Positions 17,796 through 27,178 of a DNA stretch of 38,926 nucleotides are shown here, piece after piece. Position numbers and translations under genes: made by a program. The DNA lies in the sequence record SRR31156797_7709. The stretch is one strand, 5' to 3'. Numbering within the stretch: position 1 is the first letter of the stretch; each line of letters begins with the position of its first letter. The notes below the pieces were generated by a model. The model was not told where the DNA came from, did not search any database, and worked only from the letters and a program-made list of their open reading frames with translations.

Positions 17796-18323
17796 ATGCA
17801 TGATGTCGGGCAAACTCTACAGGTAGAAAAAAGGGATGCTGCTACCCAGAATTCGCAGTGGCGTACTGTTGATCGTACCATGCGACTCAATGGTAATCAT
17901 CCGGAAGCACTCATTGAAACCCTCCATGTAGTACAGAATACCTTTGGCTATATTGATCGTGATGCCATGGAGTATGTGGCCCATGGGCTGCATGTGCCAC
18001 TCAGCCAGGTCTATGCGGTAGCCACCTTTTATCACTCCTTCACTCTAAAACCACCTGGCGAGCACACCTGTGTTATCTGCACGGGCACCGCCTGCTATAT
18101 TGGCGGATCATCCTCTTTGCTGGCCGCTGTCCATGATTACGCCGGTATTGCACCCGGCGAGACCACCAAAGACGCAAGGGTTTCACTTTTGACTGCACGT
18201 TGTCTTGGCTCATGTGGTTTGGCGCCAGCGGGTGTATTCGATGGACAGGTGAGCGGTAAGTTGAAACCCTCTGACGTTGTACAACAATTACAAAGGTGGG
18301 GAATTGATGACGCTGACACTTGA
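17796..18323 (+). CDS. hoxE: Bidirectional hydrogenase diaphorase subunit HoxE (NuoE-like)
   Basis: RBS GAGGAGG. LIETLH..Q..FGY, VATFYH, CTGTAC and CLGSC [2Fe-2S] motifs. Confidence 0.92.
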   Translation: MHDVGQTLQVEKRDAATQNSQWRTVDRTMRLNGNHPEALIETLHVVQNTFGYIDRDAMEYVAHGLHVPLSQVYAVATFYHSFTLKPPGEHTCVICTGTACYIGGSSSLLAAVHDYAGIAPGETTKDARVSLLTARCLGSCGLAPAGVFDGQVSGKLKPSDVVQQLQRWGIDDADT

Positions 18324-19959
18324 TAACCTGAATCATATTGCCGAAACAGAAAATGAAAGGCTAGGCAGCTATCAGTACCAGATTAACATCTGCGTCGCAG
18401 CTGGGTGTCTCTCCTGTGGGAGTGGTGAGTTTAAAGCCGCATTGGAAAATGGAGTAAAGCAACGGGGATTGGATGAGCGGGTTTTGGTGAGAGGTGTGGG
18501 GTGCATGGGGCCTTGTTCAAAAGGACCGCTTATTGCGATTCAGCCGGGAAACATCCTGTACCAGGGATGTAGTGCAGCCGATGTCGATGCTTTACTGGAA
18601 TCTTTAGGCGCAGAACCGGTGGAACATCTGCGATGCCCTGCCAATCAGCCCTTTTTTGAAAAACAACGTAAGGTTGTCCTTGAAAATTGCGGCATAATAG
18701 ATCCGGAACGAATCGAAGAGTATATTGGTGCCAAGGGGTACGAACCACTATATTCGGTGCTGCGGAAGATGACTCCCGGAGAAGTTATCGAAGAGGTTGG
18801 CAAGGCCGGTTTACGCGGCAGGGGCGGTGCTGGTTATCCTACCGGCCTGAAGTGGTCCACAGTTGCTAACACCGTTAATAAGACAAAGTTTGTTGTCTGT
18901 AATGCAGACGAGGGCGACCCCGGTGCCTTTATGGACCGGAGTGTGCTCGAAAGTGACCCCCACCGGGTACTCGAAGGAATGGCCATCGGAGCCTATGCTG
19001 TTGGTGCGAATTACGGCTACATTTACGTGAGAGCAGAATATCCACTTGCCGTTAAGAGGTTGAAAAAAGCAATCGTCCAGGCAAAACGTATCGGTGTATT
19101 GGGTGAAAATATTTTTAACAGCGGGTTTGGGTTTGATGTTCAGGTGCGGCTTGGTGCAGGTGCCTTTGTCTGTGGTGAGGAAACCGCGCTTATCGCCTCC
19201 ATCGAAGGGCATCCTGGAAAACCTCGTCCCCGGCCTCCATATCCTGCTGCATCCGGCTTAAGAGGTTGTCCAACCTTGATTAATAATGTGGAAACCTTTG
19301 CCAACATAGCACCGATTATCCGCAACGGCGGTGAGTGGTTTGCTCAGATTGGATCCTCGGAAAGCAAGGGTACTAAAGTTTTTGCCCTCGCCGGAAGAGT
19401 GAAGCAGACTGGGTTAATAGAGGTTGCCATGGGAACATCCCTGCGTGAGATTGTTTTTGATATCGGTGGCGGGATTGCTCAAAACGGTGCGTTTAAGGCC
19501 GTGCAGACAGGAGGACCTTCCGGCGGCTGTATTCCTGAGCGTTTTTTGGATATGGGTGTGGATTATGGATCTCTTGCTAAAGTCGGCTCCATCATGGGGT
19601 CAGGCGGGATGATTGTTATGGATGAACATTCCTGCATGGTGGATGTGGCGAGATTTTTCATGGAGTTTTGCATGAGCGAGTCATGTGGGAAATGTGTACC
19701 TTGCAGGGTTGGTACCACCCAGATTCATAACCTGCTTGCAAAAATTATCAGTGGTAGAGGGGAGATTTCGGATTTGTTCATGATCGAGGAACTGTGCAGC
19801 CTGGTCAAAGAGACATCCTTGTGTGGACTCGGTCAGACCGCAGCTAACCCGGTAATGAGTACTCTGCACTATTTTAGAGACGACTATCTGGCTCATATTA
19901 AGGATAAAAAATGTGTGGCCAATTCCTGTATACAGGCAGCGATCACGGAGGATTTATGA
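18307..19959 (+). CDS. hoxF: Diaphorase subunit HoxF (NuoF-like, FMN/NAD binding)
   Basis: N-terminal CVAAGC...[30 protein letters not shown] and ESCGKCVPC...LCGLG. Start re-assigned to ATG 18307. Confidence 0.93.
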   Translation: MTLTLDNLNHIAETENERLGSYQYQINICVAAGCLSCGSGEFKAALENGVKQRGLDERVLVRGVGCMGPCSKGPLIAIQPGNILYQGCSAADVDALLESLGAEPVEHLRCPANQPFFEKQRKVVLENCGIIDPERIEEYIGAKGYEPLYSVLRKMTPGEVIEEVGKAGLRGRGGAGYPTGLKWSTVANTVNKTKFVVCNADEGDPGAFMDRSVLESDPHRVLEGMAIGAYAVGANYGYIYVRAEYPLAVKRLKKAIVQAKRIGVLGENIFNSGFGFDVQVRLGAGAFVCGEETALIASIEGHPGKPRPRPPYPAASGLRGCPTLINNVETFANIAPIIRNGGEWFAQIGSSESKGTKVFALAGRVKQTGLIEVAMGTSLREIVFDIGGGIAQNGAFKAVQTGGPSGGCIPERFLDMGVDYGSLAKVGSIMGSGGMIVMDEHSCMVDVARFFMEFCMSESCGKCVPCRVGTTQIHNLLAKIISGRGEISDLFMIEELCSLVKETSLCGLGQTAANPVMSTLHYFRDDYLAHIKDKKCVANSCIQAAITEDL

Positions 19960-20720
19960 ACCCTTCTACAAATCTTCCCCCACGTCAGGCAGTGGTTAAT
20001 GATCCTCATGCTCGGATTTTAACGTTTAAGATGAACGATAAAGATGTGAGTGCAAGGGAAGGTGAAACCATTCTGTCGATAGCAGGTCGTTACAATATTA
20101 AGATTCCAACCCTTTGTTATCTGGACGGACTCTCTTCGTATGGCGGTTGTCGTATCTGCAGTGTTGAACTCAAGAAAAGCGGGAAGCTTGTCCCAGCCTG
20201 TATCACACATCCCCAGGAGGGGATAGAGATCCTGACCCATTCGCAACGGGTGGTGGAGTTTCGAAAAAAGATATTGGAACTCATTTTTTCTGAGCGCAAT
20301 CATGTCTGTGCTGTCTGTGTTTCCAATGGGCATTGTGAGTTGCAACAGCTGGCAACAGACCTCGGAGTTACACATATTCATTATGCGTATTGTTATCCAC
20401 ACCTTACTGTCGATGCTTCCCATCATCGCTTTGTTATGGACCCAAATCGATGCGTACTGTGTTTGCGCTGTGTCAGAGTGTGTGCGGAAATTGAAGGGGC
20501 CCATACATGGGACGTAATGGGACGGGGAATATCATCACAGGTTGCCGCAGACCTTAATCAGCCTTGGGGAAGCTCTACAACCTGCACCAGTTGCGGTAAA
20601 TGCGTACAGGTATGTCCAACTGGGGCACTTTCTGAAAAAGGGAAGTCCGTTGCAGAGATGGTTAAGAACCGGGAGTTCCTTCCTTACCTACAGGAGATGC
20701 GGGATAAGAAGCACTATTGA
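19956..20720 (+). CDS. hoxU: Diaphorase Fe-S subunit HoxU
   Basis: [30 protein letters not shown] and [16 protein letters not shown] overlap with hoxF. Confidence 0.93.
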   Translation: MNPSTNLPPRQAVVNDPHARILTFKMNDKDVSAREGETILSIAGRYNIKIPTLCYLDGLSSYGGCRICSVELKKSGKLVPACITHPQEGIEILTHSQRVVEFRKKILELIFSERNHVCAVCVSNGHCELQQLATDLGVTHIHYAYCYPHLTVDASHHRFVMDPNRCVLCLRCVRVCAEIEGAHTWDVMGRGISSQVAADLNQPWGSSTTCTSCGKCVQVCPTGALSEKGKSVAEMVKNREFLPYLQEMRDKKHY

Positions 20721-20804
20721 ATAGTTACTGATTATGTAAAAATGGACAACAAGCACACACGGCTCCACCCAGTATCATAAAAAAGGAAAAGGGAAGAGGC
20801 TGCA

Positions 20805-21338
20805 ATGAACAAGGTGCGGATTGCAACAACCTGGCTTGACGGCTGTTCAGGTTGTCATATGTCGTTTCTGGATATTGATCAGCGGTTGATTGATATTGCT
20901 GATCAGATAGAGATTGTTTACAGCCCGCTGGTTGATGCGCTGATGATTCCGGAAGGCATTGATGTCACTTTTGTGGAAGGAGCGGTGAGCAATGAAGATG
21001 ATGTTCGTAAGGTGCGCCTGCTCCGTGAACGCAGCAAACTGTTGATTGCTCTTGGTGACTGTGCTGTAACTGGTAATGTATCGGCCATGCGAAATACCTT
21101 TGGGGTGCAGGAGGTACTGGACCGTGTTTATAGCAAAGAGACAGCTGATGAAAGGGTCGTGCCAACTGAGGGTGTTCCACGCCTGAAAGCCCATGCGTGT
21201 CCGCTCCATACCTATGTGACTGTTGATGCTTTTTTACCGGGATGCCCACCACCAAGCGATGCCATATTTTTTCTGGTAAGTGAATTGTTGGAGGGGCGTC
21301 TTCCCGATATGGTTGATAAGAGTAGGTTCGGGGCTTGA
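20805..21338 (+). CDS. hoxY: NiFe hydrogenase small subunit HoxY
   Basis: WLDGCSGCHMS, GDCA and PGCPP; a single-cluster small subunit. Confidence 0.93.
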   Translation: MNKVRIATTWLDGCSGCHMSFLDIDQRLIDIADQIEIVYSPLVDALMIPEGIDVTFVEGAVSNEDDVRKVRLLRERSKLLIALGDCAVTGNVSAMRNTFGVQEVLDRVYSKETADERVVPTEGVPRLKAHACPLHTYVTVDAFLPGCPPPSDAIFFLVSELLEGRLPDMVDKSRFGA

Positions 21339-21367
21339 TCAAGGTGGCCTACAAAGAGGAGGGGGAT

Positions 21368-22792
21368 ATGGGGCAACAGGTTGTTATAGAACCGATAAGT
21401 CGCATTGAAGGGCATGGTAAAATTACTATTCACCTGGATGAGCAAGGCCAAGTTGCAGATGCCAAGTTGCATGTTACTCAGCTTAGAGGGTTTGAAAAGT
21501 TCTGTGAGGGGAGACCATTTACTGAAATGGTATCGTTGGTGGAAAGGATTTGCGGTATCTGTCCCATTAGCCATTCCATGGCCTCGTCCAAGGCATGCGA
21601 TCAGATTATGGGGGTGAGGGTTCCAGACACTGCACTGAAGTTGAGAAAAATGATCAACTTTGGAGCGTTTATTCAATCCCATGCGCTGAGCTTTTTCTAT
21701 CTCTCTTCGCCAGACCTGCTGCTTGGCATGGACGCTGAGCCAGAGCAGCGCAATATATTTGGAGTCTTAAAAGCAGACCCTGTTTTTGCAAACGACGGGA
21801 TTCGGCTGCGTCAGATAGGTCAGCAGGTAGTCGAGTGGCTGGCCGGCAAACGGATTCACCCGTCCTGGGTGGTGCCGGGGGGAGTGAATAAACCCTTTAA
21901 TGCGGAGTTTAAGGGTGATATTCGGGCTGTCCTTCCAGAAGGCGTAGAGATTGTACAGCGTGCGTTGGCGTTTTTTAAACAGTCCATTGGCAAGTTTGAC
22001 GAGGAGATTCAAACCTTTGCCAATTTCCCTTCTTCCTTTCTTGGACTTGTTGATCAAGAAGGCATGTTAGAGTATGTGGACGGTAGGCTACGCTTTATTG
22101 ATGCAGCGGGGTATACTATTGCTGACCAGGTTGATTCATCCAGGTATCAGGAGTACATAGCCGAGGCTGTTGAGCGGTATTCATATCTTAAGTCCCCTTA
22201 TTATAGACCCTTGGGCTATCCAGAAGGTATGTACCGAGTCGGCCCCGCAGCCAGGCTCAATGTCTGCAACGGCATTACCACCCCTCTAGCGAATAAAGAG
22301 TGGGCAGAATTCAGAAACCTTGGCCCAAAAGGCCCGGTGCTCAGTTCTTTTTTTAACCATCATGCCAGATTGATTGAGATTCTATACGGGCTGGAGATGC
22401 TAGACCTGCTGCTCAATGATGAGGGTATCCTGGATCAGAATATACGGGCAATTGCCGAACCCAATTTCGAGGAGGGAATAGGGATCGTGGAAGCACCACG
22501 GGGCACGTTGTTTCATCATTACAAGGTGGACGAGAACGGGCTGATGACCTGGTTGAACCTTATAGTTGCCACTGGTAATAATAACCTGGCCATGAACCGG
22601 GGGCTGCTCCAGGTAGCACGGCATTTTGTTCAAGGCAGCAAGCTGACTGATCCGGCCATCAACAGGCTGCAGGCTGTGGTTAGAGCCTTTGACCCCTGTC
22701 TGAGTTGTTCAACCCATTGCATGGGAACGGGAGGGACAACCATTCAATTGCTGGCTGCTAACGGAGAGGTGGTGGATGAGCTGAGAGAATAA
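21368..22792 (+). CDS. hoxH: NiFe hydrogenase large subunit HoxH (group 3d)
   Basis: RIEGH, L1 RICGICP, EAPRG and L2 DPCLSCSTH, followed by a 24-aa C-terminal extension. Start ATG 21368 after GAGGAGGGGG. Confidence 0.94.
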   Translation: MGQQVVIEPISRIEGHGKITIHLDEQGQVADAKLHVTQLRGFEKFCEGRPFTEMVSLVERICGICPISHSMASSKACDQIMGVRVPDTALKLRKMINFGAFIQSHALSFFYLSSPDLLLGMDAEPEQRNIFGVLKADPVFANDGIRLRQIGQQVVEWLAGKRIHPSWVVPGGVNKPFNAEFKGDIRAVLPEGVEIVQRALAFFKQSIGKFDEEIQTFANFPSSFLGLVDQEGMLEYVDGRLRFIDAAGYTIADQVDSSRYQEYIAEAVERYSYLKSPYYRPLGYPEGMYRVGPAARLNVCNGITTPLANKEWAEFRNLGPKGPVLSSFFNHHARLIEILYGLEMLDLLLNDEGILDQNIRAIAEPNFEEGIGIVEAPRGTLFHHYKVDENGLMTWLNLIVATGNNNLAMNRGLLQVARHFVQGSKLTDPAINRLQAVVRAFDPCLSCSTHCMGTGGTTIQLLAANGEVVDELRE

Positions 22793-22816
22793 AATTCCAG
22801 GCTTCAGAAAATTGGA

Positions 22817-22882
22817 CGGAGAAGTTTTTTTTAATCGATCAAAAAACTTCTCCGCAGCCAGAGAGTCTGCTTGCGGAGAAGT
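22817..22882. terminator. Overlapping hairpins between convergent hoxH and GDPD genes
   Basis: CGGAGAAGTTTTTT (22817-30) pairs with AAAAAACTTCTCCG (22841-54). ACTTCTCCGCA (22846-56) pairs with TGCGGAGAAGT (22872-82). Confidence 0.7.
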
Positions 22883-22896
22883 GACTTTACCCCAAT

Positions 22897-24198
22897 TTAT
22901 TTTAAATTTTTACAGTTGGCATAGTAAGTGACTGTCGCAGGCCAGTCAGAGAAGATACCAATCACTCCCACATCCTGAGCAAGAACATCCAAAACTGCCA
23001 TCATGTCGCCGTCCTTGTCGATGGCACCCTTCATTGTTTGGTAGTACCACCCCCCACCGCTGACCAGCAGACCTGAGCGCTCCAAGGTCCAGGTTATGAT
23101 GTCGAGCCCCGCAGCCTTGGCATGCTTTGCATATATCGACGGTATGATTTTGCCATCGCTGTTCAGTGCAAGCAGCATCCACATTGGTGGTGCTATGATT
23201 TTTACCCCATCTGTAACCAGTTCTTCCATAGAAGGTGACCAGGTTGCAGGGTTGGTGTGATCAAATTCTTTGACGTCATATCTGCCATCGAGATAGACCG
23301 CCTGCTTGCCAAAAGCAGGTTCATTTTTAATCCAATAGCGTACGTCTTCCACACTAAAAGATTGAGCATACACCTGCTCGGCGGTAACCCCTGCATCTTT
23401 ATATTCATCAATCATCTGCTGTGCGTAGTCCTGCTGGGTGTAGCTGCCTTGAAAGGGCATTGTAACGCCGGGCGATTTGAGTTCCGGTGTCATTTTCACA
23501 CCAAGTTCCTGGAAAAGTTCAATGCTCTCTTTATGGGACATGACTGTGCCGCAGGTGGCATAAAGATCGGTGCGCCAGTTCGCAGTTCCCCCCATATATT
23601 CTTCCACGGTTGCAGCTGCAGGATTAGAAGCATCCATCTTGCCACAGAGTGACTTGAATTCTTCCAGGGTAATGTCGCTTGCACAACACTGAGCGGACGC
23701 TGGTGTGATTACTTTTCCGGTTTTAGGATCTATTTCTGCTGGTGTAAATGGCTTGGTACATTTTGCTGCCAGTTCAGGGATAGCGAGGATATTGGTAGTT
23801 GTATGCAGGTCACACTGCGAATGGCGGCAAACCAATTCGGTATCTTTGGTAAAGGTTACATCACACTCAAGGATACCAGCACCCATGCGGGCTCCTGCCA
23901 TATAGGATTCTTTGGTATGTTCGGGAAACTGCATGGCAGCTCCACGATGACCTATGGAGAAGTCACTGCGGTAAAAAGGGCCGTTTGTACACTGTTGCAG
24001 CTCTTCCTTGAGCTTGGTGTCTTCCATGGCGTTAACCAGATAAAACGGCCGTGGCCCTAGCTGAACCATTTCACTTTTTATCTTGTGCTTTGCTTGTTGC
24101 TGGCCGTGTTTTGGCCCGGAAGCTATTCCTATACTTGCTGACCCGACGATTACCGTTGCCATTAGTGCCGAAACACAGAGTGCTGATTTACTCACCAT
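22897..24198 (-). CDS. Secreted glycerophosphodiester phosphodiesterase family protein
   Basis: N-terminal signal peptide. IGHRGA, PEHT, ILECDV, VCRH, PELK, AQSF, TWTLE and IFSDWP. Confidence 0.9.
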   Translation of the reverse strand: MVSKSALCVSALMATVIVGSASIGIASGPKHGQQQAKHKIKSEMVQLGPRPFYLVNAMEDTKLKEELQQCTNGPFYRSDFSIGHRGAAMQFPEHTKESYMAGARMGAGILECDVTFTKDTELVCRHSQCDLHTTTNILAIPELAAKCTKPFTPAEIDPKTGKVITPASAQCCASDITLEEFKSLCGKMDASNPAAATVEEYMGGTANWRTDLYATCGTVMSHKESIELFQELGVKMTPELKSPGVTMPFQGSYTQQDYAQQMIDEYKDAGVTAEQVYAQSFSVEDVRYWIKNEPAFGKQAVYLDGRYDVKEFDHTNPATWSPSMEELVTDGVKIIAPPMWMLLALNSDGKIIPSIYAKHAKAAGLDIITWTLERSGLLVSGGGWYYQTMKGAIDKDGDMMAVLDVLAQDVGVIGIFSDWPATVTYYANCKNLK

Positions 24199-24375
24199 TT
24201 CACGATTCTCCTTTTAGAGTTGATACGTTAGATACAGAAGTACCTGCTATGGATACTCCAGATAAAACAGTAGTTACAAATAAAGGCGGAATATATTTGA
24301 TACTCGCATACAGCTGCTCCAGCTGGATCCTTATATTTGTTAAGCGACTGTCTATCCTGTTTGTGTTATCTTCAT

Positions 24376-24404
24376 ATTACATTTTCATTTCAATAAAGTA
24401 ACAA
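24376..24404 (-). promoter_or_regulatory. Candidate Pho-box-like direct repeats upstream of the GDPD gene
   Basis: Minus strand TTGTTAC-TTTA-TTGAAAT-GAAA-ATGTAAT: three units at an exact 11-bp period. Confidence 0.35.
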
Positions 24405-24498
24405 ATCCAATCTGTTAACATATAAATGGAAAGTAACTGTCGGTCATCGTGTTTGGCTTTTTGTGATATGAACTCCTTATTGATACTGGCAAGTAACG

Positions 24499-24556
24499 AA
24501 AATGGTCCATACTAACGGGGGAAAAAGAATCTTACCCCGTTAGTATGGACCATTTT
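24499..24556 (-). terminator. Long perfect stem-loop downstream of the glutamate-synthase-like gene
   Basis: 22-bp perfect inverted repeat AAAATGGTCCATACTAACGGGG / CCCCGTTAGTATGGACCATTTT with a 14-nt loop. Confidence 0.75.
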
Positions 24557-24588
24557 AAAGGGAAATACAGTACTTGAGTATTTTGGGC

Positions 24589-25995
24589 TTAAACGTGTCG
24601 TATTTGAGTGTGACTTGATATCTCTGAGTTGGTTGTCCGCAGGTCCTTGATGCAGAGACCATGTATCGTGCTATTGCCGGTTAATCTGGTGAAATCTTCC
24701 AGTTCGGTAGTGGAGACCTTTAAGAAATTATGGAGTCTGCGGGCTGAGTGATCAATATCGAACCGAGCTCGCAGTTCTGGATCATGGGTGGCAATCCCCA
24801 CCGGACACTGGCCGGTATTGCAGATTCGGTATTGCCTGCAGCCAATGGCTATGAGGGCACTGGTACTGATGGCCACTGCATCTGCTCCCAGAGCAAGGGC
24901 TTTGGCAAAATCAGAAGAAATGCGCAATCCGCCGGTGCAGATAAGAGAGACATGATAGGCCTTTCTGGCGTTAAGATGTTTCCTGGCACGGTAGATGGCA
25001 AAAGGGGTTGGCACGCCAACAGAACTTTTCACATATTTTGGTGATGCACCTGTACCGCCAGCCCTGCCGTCCAGGGTGATGAAATCTGGCTGTGCATGAA
25101 GGGCAAAGTCGAGATCCTCTTCGATATGACCGGCTGCTATTTTTATCCCAATTGGTCTGCCTTCTGAGGTCTGCCGCAGCCAGGCGACTTTCTCTTTCAG
25201 TTGTTCTCGGGTAATAATATCTTCAAAGTGGGCAGGACTGATGATATCAAGTCCTTCAGCAAACCCCCTGATGCCCGCAATCTCTCTGGTAACTTTGTTT
25301 GCGGGAAGATGGCCGCCCATCCCTGGTTTGGCAGATTGACCGAACTTAATCTCTATTGCGTCAACCGAGCGCAGATTTTCTTCGGTGACACTATACCTGT
25401 TCGGCACATATTCAAACATGTACTTGTGAGCATTCTCAAAGGATTCAGGTAGGATTCCTCCTTCACCTGATCCTATGGCAGTCTGCATAGCACTGCTGCC
25501 ACGTGCAAGAGCAATTTTTGCTTCTTTTGAAAGCGCCCCAAACGACATATGGCTGATAATGATGGGGGTGGCAATAACCATCGGCTTTGCAGCCCCGGGA
25601 CCGATAGTGGTTGCTGTGTCTACAGGATCTTCATGGTTGAGCGGAGTGCGGGAGAGCTGAGCACCCTGGATAAGGATATCATCCCATCTAATCAAGCTAG
25701 CCTTGGTCTGCATAGGTTCGATAATAGATTGCCCTGTTTCAGCCATGGCATCTATATCGGCTAAAAACGTTTCGTGGGAATCTTCTGTCTTTGCAGGTTC
25801 AAAGGAAAGCGGACTTTCTTTGGTGGTCTGCTGAGTATCTTCAAAAGTGTCAGGTTCAGCTCCGATCCTTCGCCAAAAGGCTTTACCAGATTCACAGATC
25901 GGGCAGACCCAATCAGGGGGGAGGTTATTCCACGCTATGTTTTGCTGTTCCTCATTATATTCGGTGTCGCATACAGTACAAAGATAAACAGCCAT
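24589..25995 (-). CDS. Rubredoxin domain fused to an FMN-binding glutamate synthase (GltB2-like) domain
   Basis: YLCTVC...W..LPPDWVCPIC, then MSFGALS, SGEGG, EIKFGQSAKPGMGGHL, DGRAGGTGA, TGGLR and the 3Fe-4S motif CRQYRICNTGQCPVG. Confidence 0.9.
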   Translation of the reverse strand: MAVYLCTVCDTEYNEEQQNIAWNNLPPDWVCPICESGKAFWRRIGAEPDTFEDTQQTTKESPLSFEPAKTEDSHETFLADIDAMAETGQSIIEPMQTKASLIRWDDILIQGAQLSRTPLNHEDPVDTATTIGPGAAKPMVIATPIIISHMSFGALSKEAKIALARGSSAMQTAIGSGEGGILPESFENAHKYMFEYVPNRYSVTEENLRSVDAIEIKFGQSAKPGMGGHLPANKVTREIAGIRGFAEGLDIISPAHFEDIITREQLKEKVAWLRQTSEGRPIGIKIAAGHIEEDLDFALHAQPDFITLDGRAGGTGASPKYVKSSVGVPTPFAIYRARKHLNARKAYHVSLICTGGLRISSDFAKALALGADAVAISTSALIAIGCRQYRICNTGQCPVGIATHDPELRARFDIDHSARRLHNFLKVSTTELEDFTRLTGNSTIHGLCIKDLRTTNSEISSHTQIRHV

Positions 25996-26019
25996 CATTT
26001 CCCCCTTTATTGTTGAACA

Positions 26020-26050
26020 TCTATGCTGCCTGCTTAGCAGGCAGCATAGA
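26020..26050. terminator. Perfect hairpin between rubrerythrin and the downstream gene
   Basis: TCTATGCTGCCTGC-TTA-GCAGGCAGCATAGA, a 14-bp stem with no clean U-tract. Confidence 0.55.
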
Positions 26051-26066
26051 AGCTGTAAATAAGGTA

Positions 26067-26100
26067 ACGACGCCGTAGTTCAAAGTTTTTACGACGCCAT
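26067..26100. repeat. Degenerate dispersed intergenic repeat (related copies at 2101-2134 and 29059-29075)
   Basis: ACGACGCCGTAGTTCAAAGTTTTTACGACGCCAT. 21/34 ungapped identity to 2101-2134, and a near match to AAGTTTTATGACGCCAT at 29059. Confidence 0.4.
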
Positions 26101-26108
26101 TGTTTTTA

Positions 26109-26630
26109 TTAAATATCCATATTTGCAGGCTGATAGTATTCTTTGGGGTGTTTACAGGCCGGACACTTTGGTGGTGGCTCGGTTCCTTCATGGGTATAGC
26201 CACATACTGAGCATTTCCATTTAATAGGTTGGTCGCGTTTGAAGACGGTGCCGTTTTGTACCATCTCCAGGCAGCGCTTGTAGCGGTCACGGTGGTGTTC
26301 TTCAATTTTGGCAATCTGTTTAAAAAGGATTGCTGCTTCCATGTTGCCCTCTTCTTCGGCCTCTTTGGCAAAGGTGGGGTACATGTCGGTGGTTTCATAG
26401 TTCTCACCGTCTATTGCTTCTTGCAGGTTGGCGGCGGTATCCCCTATGCCGTTAAGCATTTTGAAATGATCGTTGGCGTGACGCTGCTCGTTGGCAGCAG
26501 TTTCATCAAAAAGTTCGGCTATGTAATGATATCCTTCTTTGCGGGCTACCTTGGCAAAAAAGGTATACATGTTTCTGGCTTGAGATTCTCCGGCAAATGC
26601 TGCTTTCAAATTTTCGATTGTTTTCGACAT
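26109..26630 (-). CDS. rbr: Rubrerythrin
   Basis: ENLKAAFAGESQA, NEQRHA, GENYE, IEEHH and C-terminal WKCSVCGY...CPACKHP. GGAGG RBS before ATG 26630. Confidence 0.94.
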   Translation of the reverse strand: MSKTIENLKAAFAGESQARNMYTFFAKVARKEGYHYIAELFDETAANEQRHANDHFKMLNGIGDTAANLQEAIDGENYETTDMYPTFAKEAEEEGNMEAAILFKQIAKIEEHHRDRYKRCLEMVQNGTVFKRDQPIKWKCSVCGYTHEGTEPPPKCPACKHPKEYYQPANMDI

Positions 26631-26757
26631 GGTGCCTCCTTGTTGGTGATTAAACATTGCACAGATAAGCGTGTTATTACACACTGTGCCTTTTGTTGGG
26701 ATCTTTGGGGTATCAGCTTTCCCTCAGATTTGAACGGATTGTCTACATTAAGAGCTA

Positions 26758-26776
26758 AATAGGAAATATTCTTAAT
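26758..26776. promoter_or_regulatory. Candidate PerR (Fur-family) operator upstream of rbr
   Basis: Imperfect 9-1-9 palindrome AATAGGAAATATTCTTAAT, about 20 bp downstream of a minus-strand TTGACA (26797-26802). Confidence 0.5.
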
Positions 26777-27103
26777 TAATTATGGCTGGCAAGATTTGTC
26801 AAGGGAAATGCAGAAAACTATAAAAAAAGTATACCTGTGTTTATGTAGTTAAATCAAGAGAAAACAGATGCTTGTGATACATAGTGGGAGGGGTGACATG
26901 CTGGGAACAAGTGGCAATCGTAGCCTTTGGGAGAATGGTTAAATGATGAATAATTACAGATTCTACATTTGATTGACTTGTAAAGAGAGCCTAATATTGT
27001 TTCAAATAACTATGGGCAGGTCACCTTCAAGTACGTTGAAGACGAAACAGAAAAGAGAACACTTCGCGCTCTGCTCGGTGAAGAGTTTTTGTACGTGTAT
27101 TTT

Positions 27104-27132
27104 TTGTCGATTTAGTAGAGATGTTATACAAT
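27104..27132 (+). promoter_or_regulatory. Sigma70-type promoter candidate for the SLT-domain gene
   Basis: TTGTCG-17 bp-TACAAT. Confidence 0.4.
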
Positions 27133-27178
27133 AGCAGCCTAAGAGTAGTTTCCATTTTTCCTTGACCACTTCATTTAC

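Noticed and set aside
22690-22725. NiFeSe hydrogenase
   Set aside because: The L2 motif is encoded with Cys codons (DPCLSC) and has no in-frame TGA.
26067-26104. CRISPR-like direct repeat (ACGACGCC twice, 24 bp apart)
   Set aside because: Only two short units, no spacer-length periodicity and no cas genes; treated as a dispersed repeat remnant instead.
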